Source: Flavobacteriaceae bacterium UBA6231
GTDB taxonomy: Bacteria > Bacteroidota > Bacteroidia > Flavobacteriales > Flavobacteriaceae
Direction of reading: 5' to 3'
Assembly (NCBI GenBank): GCA_002441545.1
Contig: DJWL01000005.1
Location: forward strand, 7,533-71,532
Length of the DNA stretch: 64,000 nt
The notes under the pieces: model-generated
Database searches by the model: none
Seen by the model: the letters and a program-made list of their open reading frames with translations, nothing else
What the model was told of the DNA's origin: nothing
Part shown: piece after piece, positions 49,055 through 57,607 of the stretch
Position numbering within the stretch: position 1 is the stretch's first letter
How the letters are laid out: every line of letters begins with the position of its first letter
Translations under genes and position numbers: made by a program

Positions 49055-49717
49055 TTATTTCACAAGCTGATATTCACTTGCCTTATTACTTAATTCCATA
49101 AGATTTTTGACATCTAACTTTTTCATAAGATTGAAACGATGTACTTCTGCTGTTCTTCTACTTATTTCCAACTCTTCAGCAATATCCTTGTTGTTTTTTA
49201 ATTGCAAGACAAGTTTAAGTATTTGCTTCTCCCTTTTAGTAAGATTGAATGGATCTTCTACTGTTTCATTATTTTGCTTGGTTTTTTGATTTCCATTCAC
49301 AAAATTATTCATGATAATGGAAGATATATCGCCAGAAAAATACTTTCCACCAGAAGCAACTGTATGTATTGCTTTTATAAATTCCTCTTTACTGGCTCCT
49401 TTTAATAAATACCCATCGGCACCGGCTTGAATGGACTGAACTACGTACTCCTCGGAGTCATGCATGGAAAGCACCAAAGTTTTAATGTCTTTGTAATTTT
49501 TGTTAATCTCCCTAACAACCTCAATGCCATTCATCTCTGGCATTCTTATATCAACTATCAATAAATGTGGCTTATTTTTTTTAATGACTTCAAGTGCTTC
49601 TTTGCCATTTGAAGCCTCATCTATGACCTTAATTCCTTGTTGGTCTTCTAAAAGTGCTTTAATCCCATCTCTTACAAGTACATGATCATCTGCCAAAATA
49701 ACATTTATAATATCCAT
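49055..49717 (-). CDS. narL: NarL/LuxR-family response regulator
   Basis: ADDH, DIRMP, LSM, YLLK, LTKRE...TAEVHR.NLMKKL; ATG 49717 preferred. Confidence 0.85.
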   Translation of the reverse strand: MDIINVILADDHVLVRDGIKALLEDQQGIKVIDEASNGKEALEVIKKNKPHLLIVDIRMPEMNGIEVVREINKNYKDIKTLVLSMHDSEEYVVQSIQAGADGYLLKGASKEEFIKAIHTVASGGKYFSGDISSIIMNNFVNGNQKTKQNNETVEDPFNLTKREKQILKLVLQLKNNKDIAEELEISRRTAEVHRFNLMKKLDVKNLMELSNKASEYQLVK

Positions 49718-49751
49718 TTTTATCAAATTATAAGTACAAAAATAATGATTT

Positions 49752-49769
49752 TTACGTAATACTACTTAA
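49752..49769. promoter_or_regulatory. Variant operator TTACGTA-ATAC-TACTTAA, internal promoter of the response regulator
   Basis: Upstream of TATTTTTG (49737-49744, minus strand), right after the kinase stop codon. Confidence 0.55.
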
Positions 49770-51584
49770 CTATTCAATAGGAATGTTTAATGTTACCCTT
49801 GTTCCTTTATTAGGTTCTGAGTTAAGGAAAAGTCTACCATTAATATATTTTATCCTTTCTTTCATAAAGGTCATGCCCATACCACCATCACCATTTTTTT
49901 TGTATTCTATTTTTTCCGGATCAAATCCTTTTCCATTGTCGTCAATAACAACACTTAGCAATTTTTCACTATTGGAAAGTGTGACGATGATATGTGTGGA
50001 ATCGGCATATTTTATAGCATTGTTTATGGCCTCTTGTGTAATTCTGTAAATATTGATTTCAGAAAGCGAATCCAACCTTTGGTTAAAATCGGTTTTATTA
50101 TAAAACACAATGTTTTTGCCAGTAAGTTTTGACAATTCATTGGTAAGCTTTGCTATGGCCGGAACAATACCATGATCGGTCAACTCTGGAGGTGTTAAAT
50201 TAAAAGTAGCCATTCTAACACCCTTAATAATATTGGACGTTAACTCTTTTAGATGTTCAATTTTTAAAGCCGTTTTGTCTATATCCTTGATATCAATACT
50301 CTCTAAATTATATTTAAGCCCAGTTAGCATTTGCCCAATGCCATCATGAACATCTTTAGCTATACGGTTCTGTTCATTCTCTTGGTTTTCTATGATCTTA
50401 CTGGAAATATTCTTTTGCTGGTTCATTTTCTCCTCAAAATTGGCTTTGGTGAGTCGTTCAATTTCCAGTTGTGCTTCTTTTCTTTTTGTAATATCAGAAG
50501 CTATAATCAATAATTCGGACTTATCATCGGTAGGGTTAAAAGGAATTATTGCCATTTCCAACCAAACCTCAACTTGGTCTTTTGTGGATGCTTTCACCTC
50601 GCCTTGCCAACCTGTTTTTTTATACTTGGTAATTAAGCTTTCTATAAACAATTGATCATTCTCATTAGCTGACAATACATCTGCAAAATTTGCAACGCTA
50701 TTAAATTTATTGAACTTAAAAAGTCTTGAAAACTTATTTCCCATATGAACAATTGTTCCGCTGGAAGTAATACGAGCAAATAAAAGGGTTTCGTCCATAG
50801 CATGGCTCAACGCCCGCAATTCTTTAACAGATTTCTCTTTGGCATCGCTCAGGACATCAGCATCAAACGCCATTTTCTTAGCTTTTTTTTCTGCTATCAA
50901 CAATCCTTTAAGGGTGTTTTTTACGGTTTTAGCTGTTGGCCAAAAAATAAAAAGAAATTCTGCCAATAAAATAAGCAACGTAAAAGCCATGAGAAATAAT
51001 TCCAGCTTACGTAACCAACTAACTTTTTCATTAGCTTCAGAATCATATTGATTCACAATTTGATCCATCGCCAATAAAAAAGATCCTTCATTTTGTTTTA
51101 CTTTTTCAATATCATCAAGAAAGGTTTCAACTGGGAGTGATGGAACATTTTCTATTTTTTCAATAATAGCTTTTGAAGCTTTCTCAATAACATAAAAAGG
51201 CAGATTAATCCTACTAAACATATTGATAACCGCAATACTGTTATTACCTGGCAAACCAAGGCTATCACTTCCATTCTGAAGGGCATGGTGCGACATTTCC
51301 CATAGTTTAAGAGTTTGTTTAATCTTGTCTTTAAGTTGAATTCTTTTTTCGACGTCTTCTTCTGTAGAAAGCAATACGATTTCCTTGGTAAGTTTTTGGC
51401 TTAACATTCTTTGTCTACCTGCCACATTGATAACCCTAGAATCCCCTTCTTGATCTTTGAGATGTTTTCTAATAAGGATTTGGCTTACAATTACCGAAAA
51501 AGCAATAGTGCTCAATGCAATAATATATAAACGGCTTAATTTTTTAAATGTCCGTTGATCTAAAGAATTACCATTTTTAGTCAT
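49770..51584 (-). CDS. NarX-like sensor kinase (PilJ-type periplasmic domain, PAS, HisKA_3, HATPase)
   Basis: P-box-like INVAGRQRMLSQKLTK; RIAKDVHDGIGQ; EAINNAIKY; DNGKGF. Confidence 0.88.
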   Translation of the reverse strand: MTKNGNSLDQRTFKKLSRLYIIALSTIAFSVIVSQILIRKHLKDQEGDSRVINVAGRQRMLSQKLTKEIVLLSTEEDVEKRIQLKDKIKQTLKLWEMSHHALQNGSDSLGLPGNNSIAVINMFSRINLPFYVIEKASKAIIEKIENVPSLPVETFLDDIEKVKQNEGSFLLAMDQIVNQYDSEANEKVSWLRKLELFLMAFTLLILLAEFLFIFWPTAKTVKNTLKGLLIAEKKAKKMAFDADVLSDAKEKSVKELRALSHAMDETLLFARITSSGTIVHMGNKFSRLFKFNKFNSVANFADVLSANENDQLFIESLITKYKKTGWQGEVKASTKDQVEVWLEMAIIPFNPTDDKSELLIIASDITKRKEAQLEIERLTKANFEEKMNQQKNISSKIIENQENEQNRIAKDVHDGIGQMLTGLKYNLESIDIKDIDKTALKIEHLKELTSNIIKGVRMATFNLTPPELTDHGIVPAIAKLTNELSKLTGKNIVFYNKTDFNQRLDSLSEINIYRITQEAINNAIKYADSTHIIVTLSNSEKLLSVVIDDNGKGFDPEKIEYKKNGDGGMGMTFMKERIKYINGRLFLNSEPNKGTRVTLNIPIE

Positions 51585-51597
51585 GTTATACTTATTC

Positions 51598-52182
51598 TTA
51601 AGAAATAGCTTCTTTTATCAATGCTAAACTTTTATCTGAAAATTTAATTCTTAAAGCTTCTGCCTGTCCTTCTTTAGACATTTTTTTCCATGTTTTTTGA
51701 AGAATGTCAATAACCTTTTCATCCTCATGTTTGGCTGCAAATTCTTCAAAATAATAATCTAAAAAGACCAAACAAATAACATCTTCTATGGTTTGGCTTT
51801 CCTCATTCTTTTTTATCAGCTTTTTATTTATTAAAAAAGAAACTCTTTCAATAAATTCATCATCGTATCCCACTTCTTTTAAAATTTCTGCAGTTATTTC
51901 TGCATGCATTTTTTTAAGCGTTTCACGCCATTTTAAATATCCAACTCTATCCATAGGGTATTCATCTCTGGCTATTTTCCAACGACAAATATGTTGAGCT
52001 CTTGATGCAATTTGAAGCGCTCTTGATGCATTTGATTTGAACTGCAACAGTTTTTGGGACATTCGCTGAGAGTACAATAATTCCTTTGGAAAATCTAACC
52101 CGTGACTATGGTAGGAGTTTATATCTTCTGAATTCTTTTTGTCTATAAGCGCAATGGCTATTTCAAATTTTGTGGGTTCCAT
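51598..52182 (-). CDS. DUF4202 domain protein
   Basis: PKELLYSQRM, RAQHICRW, GYLKWR, IEDVICLVFL, KTWKKMS. Confidence 0.85.
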   Translation of the reverse strand: MEPTKFEIAIALIDKKNSEDINSYHSHGLDFPKELLYSQRMSQKLLQFKSNASRALQIASRAQHICRWKIARDEYPMDRVGYLKWRETLKKMHAEITAEILKEVGYDDEFIERVSFLINKKLIKKNEESQTIEDVICLVFLDYYFEEFAAKHEDEKVIDILQKTWKKMSKEGQAEALRIKFSDKSLALIKEAIS

Positions 52183-52193
52183 ACTATGTGTAA

Positions 52194-52571
52194 TTAATCT
52201 GCAAAGCCAATATACACATTTCCGTTTTCAATTTTAACAGGATACACCGCTATTTTTAAATCTTCACCTGTCAGATTAGAGCCATCTTCCAAAGAAAAGT
52301 TTTTTTTATGCATTGGGCAGGCCACTTTAGGAACGCCCGCTTTATCTCCAATCATTCCAAGAGACAAAACCATTTCCATTTTATGGGGACATAAATTTTG
52401 GCACGCATACCACTTAGACATTCTAGTAAAATTATAAACCGCTATTTGCTTGGTTTTGTATTTTATACAAGCACCACTATTTTCAGGAAAATCGCATACC
52501 GTGCCAACTTCAAACCAAGTTTTAACATCAGCCTCATTTACAGTATCGTATTGATTTAAAATGTCTTGCAT
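52194..52571 (-). CDS. nirD: Nitrite reductase small subunit (Rieske-like)
   Basis: NLCPH...LSLG..GD..G.PKVACPMHKKNFSLEDG. Confidence 0.92.
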   Translation of the reverse strand: MQDILNQYDTVNEADVKTWFEVGTVCDFPENSGACIKYKTKQIAVYNFTRMSKWYACQNLCPHKMEMVLSLGMIGDKAGVPKVACPMHKKNFSLEDGSNLTGEDLKIAVYPVKIENGNVYIGFAD

Positions 52572-52603
52572 ATCTAAAATTTATTTAATTCAATTTTTTA
52601 TTT

Positions 52604-52686
52604 GGGCGTTCCCCTTTGGGTCGGGCTTTTCGCTACAAGTCCTCGCTCGTACCTCGCAGCGGGCTTTCCGCTGCAATCCCTAACGC
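52604..52686. repeat. Flavobacterial intergenic REP-like element
   Basis: GC-rich stretch with ends GCGTT/AACGC, internal direct repeat CGGGCTTT(T/C)CGCT(A/G)CAA and hairpin GCAGCGG-GCTTT-CCGCTGC. Confidence 0.7.
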
Positions 52687-52750
52687 AAATGCTGTTGATT
52701 TGTTTAATCGTTAATATAAATCTCAATTCAACAGTTAAACATCAAACTCA

Positions 52751-55267
52751 CTACCAAGCCTTTGGCATTTTCATGTCGCGCATTGGCACAAATACCAAGT
52801 TATCATCGGTATCATCAGAATTCACAAAATGCCTGAAACGTTTCTTCATATTAGTATCTTCAATAGCTTGTTTCCACTCACATTCGTATTTATTAACAAG
52901 GCTTTCCATTTCTTTTTCAAGTTCTTCTACAATTCCCAAGGAATCTTCAATAACTACTTGCTTTAAATACTCAATACCACCTTCCAATTTTTCTAACCAT
53001 GGAGCTGTTCTCACCAACGGTCCAGCTGTTCGTAAGTAGTACATCAAAAACCGGTCTAGGTATTTAATGGCGGTTTTGTCATCCAATTGTTCAGCAAAAA
53101 GTACCGCATGTTTTGGTGTTGCTCCACCATTTCCACAGACATACAAATTCCAACCGCCATCAACCGCTATCAATCCAAAATCTTTTCCTCTGGCTTCGGC
53201 ACATTCTCGAATACATCCAGACACACCACCCTTTAATTTATGAGGTGAGCGTAAGCCTTTATATCTATTTTCAATTTCTATGGCAAACGTAACGCTTTCA
53301 TGCATACCGTAACGACACCATGTAGAGCCCACACAACTTTTAACAGTACGAAGCGATTTTCCGTAAGCATGTCCACTTTCAAATCCAGCTTCTATCAATT
53401 CTTTCCAAATAAGGGGTAATTCATGCAACTGTGCACCAAACAAATCAATACGTTGCCCACCGGTGATTTTTGTATATAAATCATATTTTTTTGCAACCAG
53501 CCCTAATACAATCAACTTATCGGGTGTAATTTCTCCACCAGCAATTCGTGGCACTACAGAGTAAGTTCCATTACGTTGAATGTTTGCCAAAAAGCGATCG
53601 TTAGTATCTTGAATGGTAAATTGTTTGTTTGCAGTTTCCATAGTAATCGTGGCAAAAATAGATGCCAATGCTGGTTTACAAACCTCACAACCATGACCTT
53701 CCCCAAATAAATTAAGAGCTTCTTCGTAATCTTTAACCTTGTTGATTTTAATAAGGTCATAAAGCTCCTGTCTGTTAAAACTAAAATGCTCACAAATAGT
53801 TTCTTTAACTTCTTTACCAAGCGATTTAAGGGTTTCATTTACCAAATCGACCACCATAGGTTTACAACCGCCACACCCCGTTGTTGCTTTTGTTTTGGCA
53901 ACCACATCGGTCAAATTATTACACCCGCCTTCTGTAATGGAACTGCAAATAGCTCCTTTTGAAATACTTTCACAAGAACACACTTGGGCAGCATCTGGAA
54001 TGTCCATAACACTACCAAACGACGACCCGCCTTCCCCTCTAGCACCAATAATCAATTCTTCGGCGTCTTCAGGTATTGGTAATCCATTTAAATAGATTTG
54101 ATGGAACATATTGTAATCTGAGGCATCACCTATCAGGATACCTCCTAATAATTTTTTTCCATCATGACTTACGTTAATACGCTTATATAAATTTTTGTTT
54201 TTATTTTCATAAATGATGGAATACCCTTTTTCTACAGGCATAAAAGGCTCTCCATAACTAGCTACATCAACCCCTATCAACTTTAATTTGGTTGACATAT
54301 CTATATCCTGCTCCATGACAACCTCTTTGTTTCCCAATATTTGATTGACTGCAACTTCTGCCATATCATACCCTGGAGCCACTAGACCATAAATCATATT
54401 GTTCAACAAAGCCACTTCACCAATAGCATAAATTTCGGAATCCGATGTTTGCATTTTGTTATTCACAACAATACCTCCACGTACCCCCATTTTTAAATTG
54501 CACGTTTTTCCTAATTCGTCACGTGGCCTTATCCCTGCAGAAATGACCAGCATTTCCACATCTATCTTATCATATTCGCCAAACTCCATACCTGTTATGG
54601 CATCATCTCCTAAAATTTTATCGGTTACTTTAGATAAATGCACGTGAATACCCAATGATTCTATTTTTTCCTGAAGCACTTTACTTCCCCTGGTATCCAA
54701 TTGTCTAGGCATTAATTTAGGAGCAAACTCCACAACATGAGGTTCAAACCCCATGTCTTTAACAGCCTTTGCTGCTTCCAATCCTAAAAGCCCACCTCCT
54801 AATACGGCCGCCTTAATAGTTTCCTTTCTTTTACCTTTTATTTTATCGGCATAAGCTAGCATTGCTTCTAAATCTTCAATAGTGCGATAGACAAACACTC
54901 CTTTCTTTTCTACCCCTACTATATTAGGAACAAAAGGCGCTGAACCCGTTGCTAAAACCAAGTAGTCATACTTATAATGAAGGTCTTTCGTAGTGGTAAC
55001 TTTTTTTGAAGCGCGATGGATATCGGTAATCCGTTCATTTGTAACCAATTCAATTCCATTCTCTTCATACCAAGATCTCGGTGCCATTTCTAAAGCTTTG
55101 GCATCTTGCTTCTCAAAGAATTCACTTAAATGCACCCGATCGTAAGCAGGTCTTACCTCTTCACCAAAAACAGTTATTTGAAATTTTTCTCTATTAGGTT
55201 TTGATATAAACTTCTCACAGAATTTATATCCTACCATACCATTACCTACAACAATAATTTTTCGCAT
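52751..55267 (-). CDS. nirB: NAD(P)H-dependent siroheme nitrite reductase, large subunit
   Basis: GNGMVG, GGGLLGLE, two BFD-type Cys clusters, CVGSTWC...GCIREC siroheme/4Fe-4S ligands; ATG 55267 preferred. Confidence 0.95.
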   Translation of the reverse strand: MRKIIVVGNGMVGYKFCEKFISKPNREKFQITVFGEEVRPAYDRVHLSEFFEKQDAKALEMAPRSWYEENGIELVTNERITDIHRASKKVTTTKDLHYKYDYLVLATGSAPFVPNIVGVEKKGVFVYRTIEDLEAMLAYADKIKGKRKETIKAAVLGGGLLGLEAAKAVKDMGFEPHVVEFAPKLMPRQLDTRGSKVLQEKIESLGIHVHLSKVTDKILGDDAITGMEFGEYDKIDVEMLVISAGIRPRDELGKTCNLKMGVRGGIVVNNKMQTSDSEIYAIGEVALLNNMIYGLVAPGYDMAEVAVNQILGNKEVVMEQDIDMSTKLKLIGVDVASYGEPFMPVEKGYSIIYENKNKNLYKRINVSHDGKKLLGGILIGDASDYNMFHQIYLNGLPIPEDAEELIIGARGEGGSSFGSVMDIPDAAQVCSCESISKGAICSSITEGGCNNLTDVVAKTKATTGCGGCKPMVVDLVNETLKSLGKEVKETICEHFSFNRQELYDLIKINKVKDYEEALNLFGEGHGCEVCKPALASIFATITMETANKQFTIQDTNDRFLANIQRNGTYSVVPRIAGGEITPDKLIVLGLVAKKYDLYTKITGGQRIDLFGAQLHELPLIWKELIEAGFESGHAYGKSLRTVKSCVGSTWCRYGMHESVTFAIEIENRYKGLRSPHKLKGGVSGCIRECAEARGKDFGLIAVDGGWNLYVCGNGGATPKHAVLFAEQLDDKTAIKYLDRFLMYYLRTAGPLVRTAPWLEKLEGGIEYLKQVVIEDSLGIVEELEKEMESLVNKYECEWKQAIEDTNMKKRFRHFVNSDDTDDNLVFVPMRDMKMPKAW

Positions 55268-55290
55268 GACTACGTAATTGAAAAACAAAT

Positions 55291-55308
55291 ATAAGTATTA
55301 TTACTTAA
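55291..55308. promoter_or_regulatory. TAAGTA-N4-TACTTA operator, nirB promoter
   Basis: ATAAGTA-TTAT-TACTTAA overlapping TATATTTG (55286-55293, minus strand). Confidence 0.7.
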
Positions 55309-55564
55309 TTTTTATTACGTAATTAAAAAAATTATATGTTATGATATATTATTATCGATTTCTCAAATAGGAACAGTTTAAATTGATTAATAATCAAAAT
55401 AGACATTCACAATTAAGCCGTATAAAAATAATCGCTCTATGTCTTCACTGTTTTGTTACATCCCATTTTTCAAAGGAAAACTCTCTTTTTGATGGTTATT
55501 AAAGCCACCTACCATGTATCAACTTAAAAAAAATCTATTTCAATAAATGAGAGAAGATAAAAAC

Positions 55565-55596
55565 AAAAAAGCTTCACTATTTAAGTGAAGCTTTTT
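55565..55596 (-). terminator. Terminator originally following the target tRNA
   Basis: AAAAAAGCTTCACT-ATTTA-AGTGAAGCTTTTT directly adjoining the tRNA 3' fragment. Confidence 0.8.
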
Positions 55597-55619
55597 GTGA
55601 TCGCGACAGGATTCGAACC
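55597..55619 (-). repeat. att site: 23-bp duplicate of a tRNA 3' end (probably tRNA-Arg TCT)
   Basis: Minus strand GGTTCGAATCCTGTCGCGATCAC = T-loop, T-stem and acceptor 3' strand; no upstream tRNA body. The isotype comes from recall and is unverified. Confidence 0.8.
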
Positions 55620-55994
55620 AATCTCGCATCCCTTATGTTCTCTACATTTTCAGTAATTACCCTCGCAACTGTTGACCGATTTGTTAACCGATTAAGGTAT
55701 TATATAACATTCGTCAGTTTCAAATTTAAAACAAATTAATGAATATTATTTTTAATGGAAATATTTTTTATACACTTTTCACGTAATAAACAATAAAAGT
55801 ATTTCGATAGAATATGTAACTTTCCTTTAAATATGGTACATCACAGCCTTCGGGGTGTAAATAAGGTATAAATTTTTGCTTTCTTTTGATATTATCATAG
55901 TATCTATCTTATAAATTATTAGCATAAGAGTATCTAAAATATCCGAAGTAACTCATAAAAAAAGCTACAAAAATATAACTCTTTGCTTAATAAA

Positions 55995-56155
55995 TTACCG
56001 CCTTAGCAGTAATACAATACATTTTTTGTCTTTTCATTCATAAAAACTATTATATTTTCTTTTATTTACTGCTATAACAGTAATAAAATATAATTTTACA
56101 TAAAAAATGTTTCTACAAACATTTAAATTGATTATTTTTACCGCTTAAACAGTAT
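55995..56155. promoter_or_regulatory. Three 18-bp operators TTACYG-C-N5-CAGTAW upstream of hipB
   Basis: Copies at 55995-56012, 56066-56083 and 56138-56155, spaced 71 and 72 bp. Confidence 0.75.
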
Positions 56156-56158
56156 ATA

Positions 56159-56368
56159 ATGAATGATTTTGATTTAGGGGCATTGATTAAAGACCATCGA
56201 AAAAAAGCAGGACTTACCCAACTGGAGCTAGCAAATCTAGCAGGAGTTGGTAAAACAACTGTTTTTGATATTGAAAAGAATAAAGAAACGGTGCGATTAA
56301 ATAATCTATTTGCAGTGCTTCAAGTACTCAACATTAAAGTGGAATTCAAAAGTCCATTAACTAAATAA
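56159..56368 (+). CDS. hipB: HipB-like Xre HTH regulator
   Basis: RKKAGLTQLELANLAGVGKTTVFDIEK. Confidence 0.82.
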   Translation: MNDFDLGALIKDHRKKAGLTQLELANLAGVGKTTVFDIEKNKETVRLNNLFAVLQVLNIKVEFKSPLTK

Positions 56369-56370
56369 TT

Positions 56371-56685
56371 ATGAGACAAGCAATTATATTAACTCACGGA
56401 AAAAGAGCAGGAATTTTAACAGAAATAGCCGCTGACAACTATATTTTTGAGTATGATCAAAATTATGAGGGTGAAGCGATTTCTTTAACCATGCCCACTA
56501 ATCATAAAAAATATAGTTACAAATCCTTTCCTCCTTTTTTCGAAGGGTTATTGCCCGAAGGTGTTATGTTAGAAGGCTTACTACGCATTGCCAAAATTGA
56601 TAAAAAAGATTATTTCTCTCAACTAATTGCTACAGGAAATGATTTAGTAGGATCTGTAACAGTTCAATTATTGGAAAATGAATAG
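56371..56685 (+). CDS. hipS: HipA-N-terminal-like antitoxin (HipS)
   Basis: AGIL, YIFEYD, ISLTMP, FFEGLLPEG, LVGSV. Confidence 0.8.
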   Translation: MRQAIILTHGKRAGILTEIAADNYIFEYDQNYEGEAISLTMPTNHKKYSYKSFPPFFEGLLPEGVMLEGLLRIAKIDKKDYFSQLIATGNDLVGSVTVQLLENE

Positions 56686-57607
56686 ATGTCCCATTACATA
56701 CGAATTATGCGGTTCGAATACGTATAGCGAAAAAGGAATACGTATGATTGCTCCTAAATTAACGCACTTAAAAGATTTGCCTTATACAGCAGTGGAATTA
56801 CGTCAAGAAGCCGCTAATAGAGCTAAAAAACTATCTATTCAAGGAGTACAACCAAAGCTTAGTGCTTCTGTTTCTATAGTGGATCAAGAATTTAAAATTG
56901 TTGATCAATTTGGAACATATATAATAAAGCCACAAAATGATTTGTTTCCACAATTACCAGAAAACGAAGATGTGACCATGCGAATGGCAAAAGCATTTGG
57001 TTTAGAAGTTCCTTTTCACGGAATGCTTTATGGTAAAGATGGTAGTCTATCATATTTTACCAAACGTTTTGACCGCTATGGTAAAGGGAAAAAATGGGCT
57101 ACAGAAGATTTTGCTCAATTAACTGGAAATACCAGGGACACAAAATACCGTTTTACTATGGAGAAACTCATTCCTGTACTTGACGAATATTGTTCATTTC
57201 CTGCTGTCGAAAAAGCTGATTTTTTCAGAAGAATTCTTTTTTGTTTTCTGACTGGAAATGAGGATATGCATTTGAAAAACTTTTCTTTAATTACTAAAAA
57301 TGGAAAAACAACACTCTCCCCCGGTTATGATTTCTTAAACTCCACTATAGTTATTAAAAATCCCGAAGAAGAAATAGCGCTCACCATGAAAGGAAAGAAA
57401 AGTAATTTGAAAGCAACCGATTTTATTGACTATTACGCCAAAGAAAGGCTACAACTCAACGAAAAAACAATAACTATGATTCTGGAACAAATAAAAAAAA
57501 CATTGCCTATTTGGAAGGAATTACTTGAGATTTCTTTTCTCACTGATGAAATGAAAATAAAATATTTAAAGCTTATGGAAACTAGAACAGTCATGTTTGA
57601 GCAGTAA
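56678..57607 (+). CDS. hipT: HipA-C-terminal-like Ser/Thr kinase toxin (HipT)
   Basis: SIQGVQPK loop, YIIKP, ENE, KRFDR, EDFAQ, GNEDMHLKNFS, LSPGYD. Confidence 0.87.
   Translation: MNRCPITYELCGSNTYSEKGIRMIAPKLTHLKDLPYTAVELRQEAANRAKKLSIQGVQPKLSASVSIVDQEFKIVDQFGTYIIKPQNDLFPQLPENEDVTMRMAKAFGLEVPFHGMLYGKDGSLSYFTKRFDRYGKGKKWATEDFAQLTGNTRDTKYRFTMEKLIPVLDEYCSFPAVEKADFFRRILFCFLTGNEDMHLKNFSLITKNGKTTLSPGYDFLNSTIVIKNPEEEIALTMKGKKSNLKATDFIDYYAKERLQLNEKTITMILEQIKKTLPIWKELLEISFLTDEMKIKYLKLMETRTVMFEQ

Noticed and set aside
52602-53039. 145-aa plus-strand ORF
   Set aside because: Starts within the REP-like element and runs antisense to nirB; an artefact of the repeat.
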